A stretch of 64,000 nt of DNA from assembly GCA_049697115.1 (NCBI GenBank), contig JBAVVD010000095.1, forward strand, positions 15,797 through 79,796. Reading direction: 5' to 3'. This DNA is from Candidatus Aminicenantales bacterium. Lineage in GTDB: Bacteria > Acidobacteriota > Aminicenantia > Aminicenantales > UBA4085. Below the pieces are notes generated by a model that was not told the origin of the DNA, searched no databases, and saw nothing but the letters and a program-made list of their open reading frames with translations. Below are positions 10,223-19,657 of this stretch, piece by piece (the first letter of the stretch is position 1; each line of letters opens with the position of its first letter). The translations under genes and the position numbers were made by a program.

Positions 10223-11350
10223 CTATCCCTTCTGAAGAGACAAAATGATGTCACAAATGGTCTCGACTTCAGAAAGTTCCAGGCCATCGTAAATCGGCAA
10301 TGTCAGTATGCGGTCAGCAACGCGACGGGCGACGGTCAAGGGATCCTTTATCGAAACACTTCGGTAGCAGGCGTAATCGCAAATTAAGGGGTAAAAATAT
10401 CGGCGAGAAAATACGTTGTATTGTTTGAGAGCCTCATATAATGCATCCCGGCTCATTCCAAACTCTTGTTCGTCCACTTCGACAGGCATGTAAACATGGT
10501 TGTGCTTGATATCAGGAGATAGAGCTGGTAGAAGATGAATACCCGGTATTTCCTTGAGGCGCTGCCGATATAAATCAGTGATCTTACCTCGCTTGAGAAT
10601 TATTTCTTCCAGATATTTTAGAACCAGACTTCCCATTAAGGATTGCATTTCGTTCATTTTGGCATTGGTGCCGGGCATGACCACTTCGAGCTCGTTTTTG
10701 AAACCGAAGTTCTTTAAATAGTCGAATAATCCTTTGAGCCCTGACTCTTTGAATGTGAGCAGTCCACCCTCGATGGAGTGGAACGACTTGGTCGCGTGAA
10801 AGCTGAACATACTCAGATCGCCAAAATGAGCGATAGACTTGTTGCCGATTTTTACGCCGAAAGCGTGAGCGGCATCATATATAAGCTTCAAATTATGCCG
10901 TCTTGCAATATCGGCTAATGCATTGAGTTTACAAGGGTAACCGTAAACGTGAACTGCCAAAATGGCTGTTGTCCAGGGGGTGATTGCCGCTTCGACCTTT
11001 TCCGGGTCAATGGTGCAATAATCTGGTTCGATGTCCACAAAGACGGGCCTGATCTTGTTCCAAAACAACGCGTGGGTTGTTGCCACAAACGTAAAAGGAG
11101 TGGTGATAACCTCTCCCGAGATTCCCATCCCCTGCAATGCGATTTGAAGAGCCAGGGTCCCGTTGTTAAAAAGACAGATATTGTCAGTCTCGAAAAAGCT
11201 GGACAATTCATGAGTAAACCGCTGTAAAATGGGCCCATTGTTTGTTAACCATCCTGTCTCCCAGATTTCGTTAAGTCCCTGGCAAAATTCCTCCACCGGT
11301 GGTAAAAAGGGCCTAGTTACAAAAATAGGTTTCTCAAAAGGTTTTATCAT
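10223..11350 (-). CDS. DegT/DnrJ/EryC1/StrS-family PLP-dependent sugar aminotransferase
   Basis: DAAHAFG…GDLSMFSFHATKSFHSIEGG (PLP lysine) and a C-terminal LTLPIYDGLELSEVETI motif. Confidence 0.85.
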   Translation of the reverse strand: MIKPFEKPIFVTRPFLPPVEEFCQGLNEIWETGWLTNNGPILQRFTHELSSFFETDNICLFNNGTLALQIALQGMGISGEVITTPFTFVATTHALFWNKIRPVFVDIEPDYCTIDPEKVEAAITPWTTAILAVHVYGYPCKLNALADIARRHNLKLIYDAAHAFGVKIGNKSIAHFGDLSMFSFHATKSFHSIEGGLLTFKESGLKGLFDYLKNFGFKNELEVVMPGTNAKMNEMQSLMGSLVLKYLEEIILKRGKITDLYRQRLKEIPGIHLLPALSPDIKHNHVYMPVEVDEQEFGMSRDALYEALKQYNVFSRRYFYPLICDYACYRSVSIKDPLTVARRVADRILTLPIYDGLELSEVETICDIILSLQKG

Positions 11351-11511
11351 AAATCTCCTTTATACATATTATGACTACTATTAAGATTCAGTTCCACCTT
11401 AAGAAAGGCTACAGGCACAAATACACTTTCTCGGTTTCTCCCCATCACCGCGCCTCCGCTTCAGTCTTTTTTATCCACTTCACCATACACCCTACACCGT
11501 GCTTTAGTAGA

Positions 11512-11845
11512 TGATTAAGGGTATTTCCTTTTAGCCTTCGCGCAGAAACGCTCTTCGTTAAGCTCGGAATCGATACCTCCCATAACAAAATAATGATATT
11601 ATCGGCCTGGGATCAATGTCAAGGAAATGGCCGCGAAGAGGGTCATCCGGCCGCATCATCGTTCCGGACGACTACGAAATCCCCCAAAAGACGATAGCCC
11701 TCCCTCCCCCTCTTGAAATCACCTGTCCTTAATAATATTCCCCGCTCTCCTCGGCCGCCATCAAGGCGACCGGCTCGAAGACATGCGACGGAGGCGGCTT
11801 CTCGGCAACAAATGTCAACTTCAGAGAATCGATCACGGGTAGCGT
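11512..11845. repeat. Copy B (about 330 bp) of the intergenic repeat family
   Basis: Near-colinear match to 17830-18165 across the whole length (…gccgcatcatcg(t/g)tccggacga…cttgaaatcacctgt…ccccgctctcctc(a/g)gccgccatcaaggcgacc…acatgcgacggaggcggcttctcgg…) and to copy A over the first about 130 bp. Confidence 0.75.
11593..11622 (-). promoter_or_regulatory. Sigma-70-like promoter module in repeat copy B (TTGACA N18 TATCAT), facing the aminotransferase/flippase operon
   Basis: Minus-strand TTGACA at 11622-11617 and TATCAT at 11598-11593, 18-nt spacer. About 235 nt upstream of the start at 11350. Confidence 0.4.
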
Positions 11846-12066
11846 TATTCGCGGGGAAATGTTAATATCAACAGGTTGGAAGACTTCTGGAGCTATGCGA
11901 AAGAACGGTCGACAAAGTTTCGCAGTCTGTCGGCGGAGAAGTTACTTCCATATCACATAGAAATGGAATTTCAATATAAGATAGGAGAGGAAGCATCTCC
12001 ACCAGGCTCATTCAGAATCTCTACGATTTCGCGTAAAAATCATTTAAAATTCTCTAAAAATAACTA

Positions 12067-12984
12067 ATGTCTCAAAAGCATCACATTTGCGTGTGCATCT
12101 GCACATACAAAAGGCCTAAACAGCTCGATCGCTTGCTGTGGAAACTGGAAAAACAGGAAACCGGAGGTATTTTTGACTACTCGATCGTCATTGTGGATAA
12201 CGACAGGTCTGAATCTGCGCGGCTGACCGTGGAATCCCATGCGGGTCAATCAAATATTGCGATCAGCTATCATGTGGAGCCGCAACAAAACATCGCTTTG
12301 GCGAGGAACAGAACCATAGAGAATGCCAACGGTGATTTTCTTGGTTTCATTGATGACGATGAGTGGCCGGACTCGAGGTGGCTTTTCAATCTCTTCGGGG
12401 CGATCAATCGCTATAAATCGGACGGGATTTTGGGCCCGGTCTTACCCTGCTTTGAAAAAGAGCCACCCCAATGGGTATTAAAAGGACGCTTCTTTGATAG
12501 ACCCGCTCACCCGACAGGACATGTTCTGGAGTGGAAGAATACACGGACAGGAAATGCGCTGTTAAGAAGAGACATCTTTAAAGATGATCGTGAGTGGTTT
12601 CATCCTCGATTTGGCAGAGGAGGTGAAGACCGCGATTTCTTTAGGAGAAAAATTGGAGAAGGACATGTTTTCGTTTGGTGCGACGAGGCCCCCGTTTTTG
12701 AGACGGTGCCGCCGGAACGCTGGGGACAAAAAGTCCTGATGAAAAGGGCGCTCTTGAGAGGGAAAATGGCCCTCCTTTCCTCAGAATCTGGTCCCCAGAG
12801 TATTCTGATCTCGGTGGGAGCCGTGGCCATTTATTCTGTTTGTTTGCCGCTTCTCTTTGTTCTTAGCCCTATTATCGGTTATGACGTTTTCATGAAATAT
12901 CTGATCAAGAATTGTGACCACCTCGGTAAAATATTAGCGTTTCTAAAAATCGATTTGGTGAGAACAAAATACGTCAGTTTATGA
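12067..12984 (+). CDS. Glycosyltransferase family 2
   Basis: ICVCICTYKRPKQLDRLLWKL…SIVIVDNDRSE and FIDDDEW (DXD) motifs. Confidence 0.8.
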   Translation: MSQKHHICVCICTYKRPKQLDRLLWKLEKQETGGIFDYSIVIVDNDRSESARLTVESHAGQSNIAISYHVEPQQNIALARNRTIENANGDFLGFIDDDEWPDSRWLFNLFGAINRYKSDGILGPVLPCFEKEPPQWVLKGRFFDRPAHPTGHVLEWKNTRTGNALLRRDIFKDDREWFHPRFGRGGEDRDFFRRKIGEGHVFVWCDEAPVFETVPPERWGQKVLMKRALLRGKMALLSSESGPQSILISVGAVAIYSVCLPLLFVLSPIIGYDVFMKYLIKNCDHLGKILAFLKIDLVRTKYVSL

Positions 12985-13374
12985 CGAGGAGGTGAAAGTG
13001 TACGCTAGCCTGCGTAACATGACCCTCTACAAATAGAGTCTCTATCCTCCCTGCGAATAATAATGTACATTCCTGGGTGAAGTGCCCCCCAAAACCTTGC
13101 CCGATCAGCGACAGGTGCTATATGCAAAGTCAAGTGATTTTAAATAGTATTTGAAAGTATCCGTTGGCGGCACGGTGGCGTTCGCGGGCCGCCATAGGAA
13201 ACGATGCTCATGGGCCCCAGGGAAGGGCGTCCTTCGAGTTTCTCGCATGGTCGCCCTGCAGTTCATATCTCTCGTGATTATATGTCATTATTTGCACGCT
13301 GACTTTCATGCAAGCAACTTTGAAATCGGGCAAATTGGAGACGAATGGCTCCTCTAGACTCTGTACCCTTGTCT

Positions 13375-14427
13375 TTACTTGTTCGGCGGTTTGCTTTCGA
13401 TGATTGCCCAATTAGGTTTTCTCCCGCTGTAAATGCGGGTTGGCTCAAACGGAATGATCGCGGTGAGTTGCAAGCCGGCCATCGCCAGTAAAGCCCGATA
13501 CTCTGCTTCGGTGCGTTCCCGACCACGTGTGAGCAACAGCATGCTCAAATCGCTGCTGACCGTTACTGGAGCATCGACAACACGCTCCGGCATAATCTCC
13601 TCAATCAGCAAGAGTGTGCTGTCATCTCGCATCGCGGCGCGGCAGTTGCGCAGGATTTGCGCTGCGCGCTCATCATCCCAATCGTGAATGATGTTGGACA
13701 TGAGATAGAGCGCGCCACCCGGAGGAACGGTGTCGTGAAAGAAATCTCCAGCTATTGTTTGACAGCGATCCGCCACACCATTTTGGGCGAGATAATGCTG
13801 GGCTTCAACCACCACCTTGGGCATATCAAAGATAATACCCCGAAGATGGGGATGGGCGCGCAAAATGGCGATGAGCAGCGCGCCATTTCCTCCACCCACA
13901 TCAACGATGGTGCTGGCCCTAGAGAAATCATAAGCTGCGACGACGCCCGCTACGCGATCATCAATCCCCCGGCTCAAAAGATCGTTGAAGAGGGCGCCAA
14001 TGTGAGGATGTTGTGCAAAATAATCAAAGAAGGACATCCCAAAGATGTGATCAAAAGCAGGTTCGCCTTTCTGAACGGCGTGGAGCATCCCTTGCGCTGC
14101 ACGATAGTTCACTTCACCAATATAGAGAATTCGGTTACGCATCGAGTCAGGATGATCGGAGCGAAGGAGGTCGCCCAGAGGCGAGAGCCGAAAGCCTCCC
14201 TCGTTTTCCTGGACCAGCAAGTTCAGCACGACCATCATTCGAAGAAACCGATAAAGTGCCTGTGGAGACGCGTTCACTGCCTGGGCCAGCTCGTGTGCTT
14301 GTTTGGGGCCATTCGCCAAGTGATCGGCAACCCCAAGTTTCACAGCCGTATACAGCACCTGGGTGAGTGAAAATCCGCCAGCCATCTGGCGTAAGGTGTC
14401 AGTTAGTGATTCTTGAGTAGAAGGCAT
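13375..14427 (-). CDS. SAM-dependent O-methyltransferase (class I, COMT-like with N-terminal dimerisation domain)
   Basis: VVDVGGGNGALLIAIL…IIFDMP motif I region and overall O-methyltransferase family-2 architecture. Confidence 0.75.
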   Translation of the reverse strand: MPSTQESLTDTLRQMAGGFSLTQVLYTAVKLGVADHLANGPKQAHELAQAVNASPQALYRFLRMMVVLNLLVQENEGGFRLSPLGDLLRSDHPDSMRNRILYIGEVNYRAAQGMLHAVQKGEPAFDHIFGMSFFDYFAQHPHIGALFNDLLSRGIDDRVAGVVAAYDFSRASTIVDVGGGNGALLIAILRAHPHLRGIIFDMPKVVVEAQHYLAQNGVADRCQTIAGDFFHDTVPPGGALYLMSNIIHDWDDERAAQILRNCRAAMRDDSTLLLIEEIMPERVVDAPVTVSSDLSMLLLTRGRERTEAEYRALLAMAGLQLTAIIPFEPTRIYSGRKPNWAIIESKPPNK

Positions 14428-14505
14428 CGTTTTGTCTCCGGTTAGATAGTTTTATCTTGGCAAAATAGAGGCATGAGCAGCACAACTCCTTTTTCATCCG
14501 ACCTC

Positions 14506-14844
14506 CTATAAAACCGACCGAGGTGAAGCTAGTCCGCACATGTCTTCACTCGTGTAAGATAACAGTCTCTCTCTAACTTCCTGCCCATGCTCAACCACAA
14601 AGCGAATGATCCGACAAATTTTGCCGACCTCTTCTGACCCGACCGCTGTGCCCGTGGGTAGGGACATCACACCTTGCACCAGCTTTTCCGTTTCAGACAG
14701 CATGAGCCCTGCATGGGGAAAATAGGAACGATAAGGCTCCATATGATGATAAGCTGGATAAAAGTAGCGCCGGGCCAGGACGTTTTCAGCATGCAGAACT
14801 TGAACTAGTCGAGTTCGAGAGCTCTTAAGTATACAAATTCCAAT
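14506..14844 (-). pseudogene. 3' fragment of a DegT-family aminotransferase (C-terminal about 110 aa only)
   Basis: Translation …LHAENVLARRYFYPAYHH MEPYRSYFPHAGLMLSETEKLVQGVMSLPTGTAVGSEEVGKICRIIRFV matches the conserved C-terminus of DegT enzymes (compare RRYFYP…LTLP in the 10223-11350 gene). Upstream frame closes at a stop near 14845. No N-terminal part is present. Confidence 0.5.
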
Positions 14845-14928
14845 TTATTACCTCCTCGCATGCTTGCATTCGTCTCATTCAGACGGATCGTGGAACAAGC
14901 TCTTCGCCATGATCCGCATGTAGCCTTA

Positions 14929-15834
14929 TTATCCCATTTCGCCACTCCTATATGCCGGAAAGTAATCTGTCCTGGGAATAGCCTTTGCATCCACAAGTGC
15001 TGTGTATTTTGCCTGATCAAAAACCCTCCCGCACAAATAGGCCGTTCGAGTTCCAGTAGACCATCCGCGCTTGAATTGGCTCAAGCCATCCGTCCTGTCA
15101 TTTTGAACACCGGAGGTTCCGCCCCAATCGAGCCACCGGACTTTGCCAGAGAAGTACTGGAGGTTGGACCAGTACAGTGCATACGATACCCCCAATTTGT
15201 GACCGACTTCGCTGGCCCCCATCAGGTGACCATAGGCCACTTCCCCTTGCACAAAGCAAAGGGCTGTCCCAATTGTCGTGTTCTGATGGAAGGCGCGGAA
15301 CATTACGAGTCCCGGAATACTAAGTTGCTTGAGAAAAGCCGCTCTCGAAAACGTCCTGAGTCCCCTGACGTTATGTCTGTCAGTCAAAGTAGCGTAAAGG
15401 GCCGTCCATTCGTCAATGTGCTGCCTTGGGTCCTCACACGTTTCTGTACGAATAATCTCTAACGCTTTTCGACTGTAATAGCGATGATGCCGGGAGACAA
15501 TCTCATTTATGGGACGATGAAGGTCAGCGACATAGTGTTCCTTGAAAGAGATGACGACATCAAAGCAGCGATGCAGACAGGCCTCATCATATTCTCCAAA
15601 AGGGTCAGCGACCAGGGCCAGACTTACCAGATCGTCTCCTAGACCGTCCAAATCAGCGGCAAGCTGAGACCAGTCCTGACAAGCAAATAAAGGGTAACAC
15701 CCCATGGCATCACGGTAGGGAAACCCCGGTATCGGGCGCTCCAAGATCCACCCCCCGCAACGAGGCAATTCGCGCGGGGTGCCGAACTCGCTCAATGATT
15801 CTGCGTATTGAGGGTGCAAGTATCCCGTCACCAT
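14929..15834 (-). CDS. FemAB/CelD-like (Acetyltransf_6 / GNAT-fold) acyltransferase
   Basis: About 300 aa with …TTIGTALCFVQGEVAYGHLMGASEVGHKLGVSYALYW…WLDWGG pattern typical of BioF2-like/FemAB-type N-acyltransferases in polysaccharide loci. Overlaps the upstream gene by 7 nt. Confidence 0.4.
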   Translation of the reverse strand: MVTGYLHPQYAESLSEFGTPRELPRCGGWILERPIPGFPYRDAMGCYPLFACQDWSQLAADLDGLGDDLVSLALVADPFGEYDEACLHRCFDVVISFKEHYVADLHRPINEIVSRHHRYYSRKALEIIRTETCEDPRQHIDEWTALYATLTDRHNVRGLRTFSRAAFLKQLSIPGLVMFRAFHQNTTIGTALCFVQGEVAYGHLMGASEVGHKLGVSYALYWSNLQYFSGKVRWLDWGGTSGVQNDRTDGLSQFKRGWSTGTRTAYLCGRVFDQAKYTALVDAKAIPRTDYFPAYRSGEMG

Positions 15835-16859
15835 TCCAGTGCCTCTGCAACCAGCCGAGCCATCCGCTCCATATCGTCGCCATCATATCTTTGGTCACAG
15901 GGTAAGGTCATGATCTCGGATGCCAGCTTATGACTGTCGCTGTACTCTTCGGGAACCACTCCCTGAATTGACCAATGAACAGGAGGATAGATCTCGTGGG
16001 CAAATAACGCTTGCCTGACTTTATCACGTTCTTTCGTGCGGATCGGAAATCCAAGCGGAACGATCTGATCAGGTAGACAGGGAAAGAGTGCCAAGCTGCC
16101 CAATTTGTCAGCCAGGGCCTGATAGTTGTCCACTCGCCTCTGGGTGATCGTCGAGTAGTCAAAGCTATTCAGCAATAGCATCTTGGAGAGTTCGCTCATA
16201 GCGAAGGGTCCGATGGGAGAATTCGGCTCAGTCTTTTGAAACAGTTCAAACCACTTCCGTGTTCCTCCATGAACATCGAATTCCCTTCGTAAGAGAGAGG
16301 CTAAAAAGGCACTCAGCCACCACTCTGGGGACGGGGTTTCAAAATCAACACCTTGAAAATGGATATCACGATTGATACGCAGAATCCCACCATCCGGTAC
16401 GCCTACAAACTTTCGAGGACTGAACAGGACGAAATCGGAAAACTGGCCCACATTTCCGGATAGAAGGGCCTGGCCTGCGTCTTCCAAAACCCAGGCCCCA
16501 CGCTCTCTTGCTTGAACCGCACATGTTGAATCGCAGCTAAAACCAAAATAATCTATCAATATCACCAGGTCGCCTTGCTGCACCTGGTTAAGCCAATCAA
16601 ACGAGGGAATCGCCAAATCACAGTTGACCTGATAGAATCTTACACTTGTCATACTGTTTTTGGCGGCATCCAGTATTGTATGACACAAGTACGACGGGCA
16701 CCAGACTTGTTGAGGGGATAGCTGATACACCAGAAGCCAAATGCCGGATCGCGCATTGACCAGGTAAATGCTTCGGTTGGATAGAAAGGGCGGCGTGCTT
16801 GCGTCCGAGTCCGGCGTTGCTTGTAGGCCGAACATGCCGCCGATGATTTTTGTCGTCAT
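15828..16859 (-). CDS. DegT-like PLP-dependent aminotransferase (divergent)
   Basis: EDAGQALLS…FSPRKFVGVPDGG (PLP-Lys region) and C-terminal MTLPCDQRYDGDDMERMARLV. 4-nt overlap with the downstream glycosyltransferase. Confidence 0.6.
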   Translation of the reverse strand: MTTKIIGGMFGLQATPDSDASTPPFLSNRSIYLVNARSGIWLLVYQLSPQQVWCPSYLCHTILDAAKNSMTSVRFYQVNCDLAIPSFDWLNQVQQGDLVILIDYFGFSCDSTCAVQARERGAWVLEDAGQALLSGNVGQFSDFVLFSPRKFVGVPDGGILRINRDIHFQGVDFETPSPEWWLSAFLASLLRREFDVHGGTRKWFELFQKTEPNSPIGPFAMSELSKMLLLNSFDYSTITQRRVDNYQALADKLGSLALFPCLPDQIVPLGFPIRTKERDKVRQALFAHEIYPPVHWSIQGVVPEEYSDSHKLASEIMTLPCDQRYDGDDMERMARLVAEALEW

Positions 16860-17617
16860 GCCTTTTTCTTGAATTCCAAGGACCGACTCTCCCCGAGTCT
16901 CAGACTCTCTTTAAGCAACCTTTCTCTAGTCCACGATATCCACGCAGCGGCCAATCGCCTTCCCAAGATACCCTTGCGCTTGCGCCAAGTCCCCTCCATT
17001 AGATGAACACCATATTCCCCAAAGCGTCTCCATTTGGTAGGATCGCAGACATTTTTGGGAAAGAGCACTTTTATCTGGTTGGCAGCATCCGGATACTCTG
17101 CCATCGTCCTCGAAACTAATCCGGGCCCGGTTGTACAGAAGCCATAAAAATTTTTTCGATACATTCTTGGAATCGATCTCATCATTGCTTGCGCCCACTT
17201 CGGGCTCTTCTGCGCTCTCACGCAATTTTTAATGATCGCATCGATAAAGGGGTGCCCTGCCGCTGCGCCAAACGCATAGTTACCAATTTCCCAGTCCATC
17301 CCATACTGCTGGCGCAAGAACTTATATATCGTTAACTCTTCGAAGGGAAATACGCAACCGAAGTCCGATAGATCCGCCAGACTAGACGCCAGGAACACAT
17401 CAAGGTCGAGGTAAAACCCACCGAAGTGATAAACCGCCAAATACCGGAAGAAATCGTACCGCTGGATATGAACGTGAAACGAATCGAATACGCTCCGGTA
17501 TTCCGGAAAATGCATATCGATGAATTCTTCAACTTGCGTATCATCGAAAAACAAGTATTCGAAATCAGGATTGAGTAGTCTTACATTTACGACAGCAGCT
17601 TTCGCTTGCAGAGGCAA
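16856..17617 (-). CDS. Glycosyltransferase with DXD sugar-binding region (GT32/OCH1-like)
   Basis: DFFRYLAVYHFGGFYLDLDVF motif characteristic of the Gly_transf_sug family. Confidence 0.65.
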   Translation of the reverse strand: MPLQAKAAVVNVRLLNPDFEYLFFDDTQVEEFIDMHFPEYRSVFDSFHVHIQRYDFFRYLAVYHFGGFYLDLDVFLASSLADLSDFGCVFPFEELTIYKFLRQQYGMDWEIGNYAFGAAAGHPFIDAIIKNCVRAQKSPKWAQAMMRSIPRMYRKNFYGFCTTGPGLVSRTMAEYPDAANQIKVLFPKNVCDPTKWRRFGEYGVHLMEGTWRKRKGILGRRLAAAWISWTRERLLKESLRLGESRSLEFKKKA

Positions 17618-17829
17618 ATCCAGACTCTTACCCGTCTGGATGATACGCCTTGGGATTCTTGAATTCAGAAATTATCTCCCTTTGAGTATCTATCGGCCGG
17701 CTGCCAACGCCATTGGCCATTCAGACAAACAGATCCGCGCATCACGGTCTTCTCCCCGTAAGCCTTCTCAAGGCCCTAGACAGCCGCGCGTCGGATTGCG
17801 AGACACGTAAAGTCTCAATCTCGCGGCTA

Positions 17830-18165
17830 GGGTATGGGAATTTCCTTTTAGCCTTCGAGTAGGAACGCTCTTCGTTAATCTCGGAATCGATATCTCCCAT
17901 TACGAGATAATGATATTCGCGGACTGGGATCGATGTCAAGTACACGGAAATGACCACGAAGAAGGCCATCCGGCCGCATCATCGGTCCGGACGAACAAGA
18001 AATCCCCCTCAATAAAACCCCATCCGCTCTTGAAATCACCTGTTAAAAATACTCCCCGCTCTCCTCAGCCGCCATCAAGGCGACCTTGGTGAAGACATGC
18101 GACGGAGGCGGCTTCTCGGTCACAAATTGCAAGCGGCTGTTTTTATTGAGGACTGGAGAAGTGAA
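17830..18165. repeat. Copy C (about 335 bp) of the intergenic repeat family
   Basis: See copies A and B. Track ORFs inside it (17742-17969 -, 17910-18092 +, 18043-18243 -) are most likely non-coding, because copies differ by indels and mostly non-synonymous changes. Confidence 0.75.
17910..17939 (-). promoter_or_regulatory. Sigma-70-like promoter module in repeat copy C (TTGACA N18 TATCAT), facing the GT32-like/DegT/FemAB/OMT operon
   Basis: Minus-strand TTGACA at 17939-17934 and TATCAT at 17915-17910, 18-nt spacer. Confidence 0.4.
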
Positions 18166-18411
18166 TATAACCGATGCCGGCCTCACAGCTCTCTGGGGGT
18201 ATATGCCACCGGCATCAGAGGCTGTTAGGCTTGAAAATGTCACTTTACAGGTGGTATATTAATGGGGGGGTAGGTCATCTTAGCGCCGGTGCTTTGGGCT
18301 TTAAGAAGATCTGAGATAAAAAGTTTGGGCAGACAAATAGCTCCTGAGGAACATGTTCCGGGCGGCCATGAGGGCGGCGGCTAAAAAAGCAGTTAAAAAA
18401 AGTATTAAATC

Positions 18412-19569
18412 GTGCAAGCACTATTGAATGATTACAGGCGCTTCCTTGGGGCCTTTTGTATTGCTATGACGATAGGGCTTCTTTTTGTGGGTCTTTGGCC
18501 CTTTGCCTTTTCTCCCAAGAATAGGGCTTATTGGTTTTCCGATGGAAAGGGCCTGTATTTTGATGGGAAGAAGAGGCACTGGAAGCTTTCGGTCGGAGGC
18601 ATCGCCTATTCACCTTCTCTAATAAGCTCATTGCAAATTCCACCGACGGAAAAGGGCTCATTCACCATCGCGATTCATCTTCAGCCGGCGGAGGAAGTGA
18701 CTGGAGGAGTCCCCCAGATTCTTTCTTTGGTGGAGAAATCGGGACATGAAGTGCTGCATCTGGGCCAATGGAAGCAATCCCTGATTGTGCGATGGTTCAG
18801 CTCCGAACAAGGGGGGAGAAGGAAGTTGCGAGAAATAGGCGTCGGCGGGGCGCTATTAAAAGAGAAAGCCCGATGGCTGACAATTGCGTCGGATCAAGCG
18901 GGCACGACCATCTATGTGGACGGTGAAGTAGCGAAGCGTTTTCAAGGGACAGCGTTGCTGGCTAAAGGAAGCTCAATCAGAGGCTATTATGTTGTGTTAG
19001 GCAATTCGCCGGAGGCGAAGAGCCCCTGGACGGGCACTATCATGGCTTTGGCCCTGTACGAACGGTCTTTAAGTGAAGGGAAAGTTTTTGAGAGTTGGAA
19101 ACGATCAAAAGAGAGTTTCAATGATTCGAATATCGCTCATGATGGATTGATATCGGCTTTTAATTTTAAAGAAGGGGAGGGGACGCGTGTTTCTGACCTT
19201 TCCGGAAATGGAAACGCCATCGTGGTTCCGGCGCGTATTGCTTTCAAGAGCAGGATGCTCGAGTGGCCTGATAAAAGGTTCCGATCCAGCGCTTCGATGG
19301 TGGAAGACATGGTCGCTAATGTTTTTGGGTTTGTGCCTTTTGGGTTTGTCTTTTTATTGTGGCTCAGGGGTACAAAGCGATGGAATCGCAGGCGTTCTTA
19401 TCTATTTGTCATTCTGATAGGAGGATTGATCGGCCTGGGGATCGAGATGGCGCAGGCTTTCATCCCAGCCCGCGATTCGTCTCTGGCTGATGTCATCTGC
19501 AACACGGTGGGCACTATGCTGGGTGTCATGGGCTTTCATTTCTTCTGCGGTTCCAAATGGGGGCAATAA
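18412..19569 (+). CDS. Membrane protein with LamG/concanavalin-like lectin domain and C-terminal VanZ-like domain
   Basis: N-terminal TM segment, then a central …TIYVDGEVAKRF…YYVVLGN (LamG-like) region. C-terminal polytopic segment LLWLRG…LIGLGIEMAQAFIPARDSSLADVICNTVG typical of VanZ. Confidence 0.55.
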   Translation: MQALLNDYRRFLGAFCIAMTIGLLFVGLWPFAFSPKNRAYWFSDGKGLYFDGKKRHWKLSVGGIAYSPSLISSLQIPPTEKGSFTIAIHLQPAEEVTGGVPQILSLVEKSGHEVLHLGQWKQSLIVRWFSSEQGGRRKLREIGVGGALLKEKARWLTIASDQAGTTIYVDGEVAKRFQGTALLAKGSSIRGYYVVLGNSPEAKSPWTGTIMALALYERSLSEGKVFESWKRSKESFNDSNIAHDGLISAFNFKEGEGTRVSDLSGNGNAIVVPARIAFKSRMLEWPDKRFRSSASMVEDMVANVFGFVPFGFVFLLWLRGTKRWNRRRSYLFVILIGGLIGLGIEMAQAFIPARDSSLADVICNTVGTMLGVMGFHFFCGSKWGQ

Positions 19570-19657
19570 TAGTTGTCGTACGCTCTTATAAAATCCATTT
19601 CCGGCCTCTTTAACTCAGCCATTGCATGACGGAGGATAATATGAATAAACGCATCGC

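Noticed and set aside
11800-11830. Similarity of …gacggaggcggcttctcgg… to the enterobacterial ops/JUMPstart element (GGCGGTAG)
   Set aside because: Only a partial GGCGG match. It lies on the far side of the promoter relative to the downstream genes, so it would not be in the transcribed leader.
17742-18243. Track ORFs inside the repeat copies (17742-17969 -, 17910-18092 +, 18043-18243 -, 7165-7392 +) as genes, including a conserved micro-ORF MGGIDSELNEER… and a peptide …PPPSHVF..VALMAAEESGEY*
   Set aside because: Copies differ by indels and mostly first/second-position substitutions, so there is no sign of purifying selection on any frame. Peptide similarity follows trivially from about 85% nucleotide identity.
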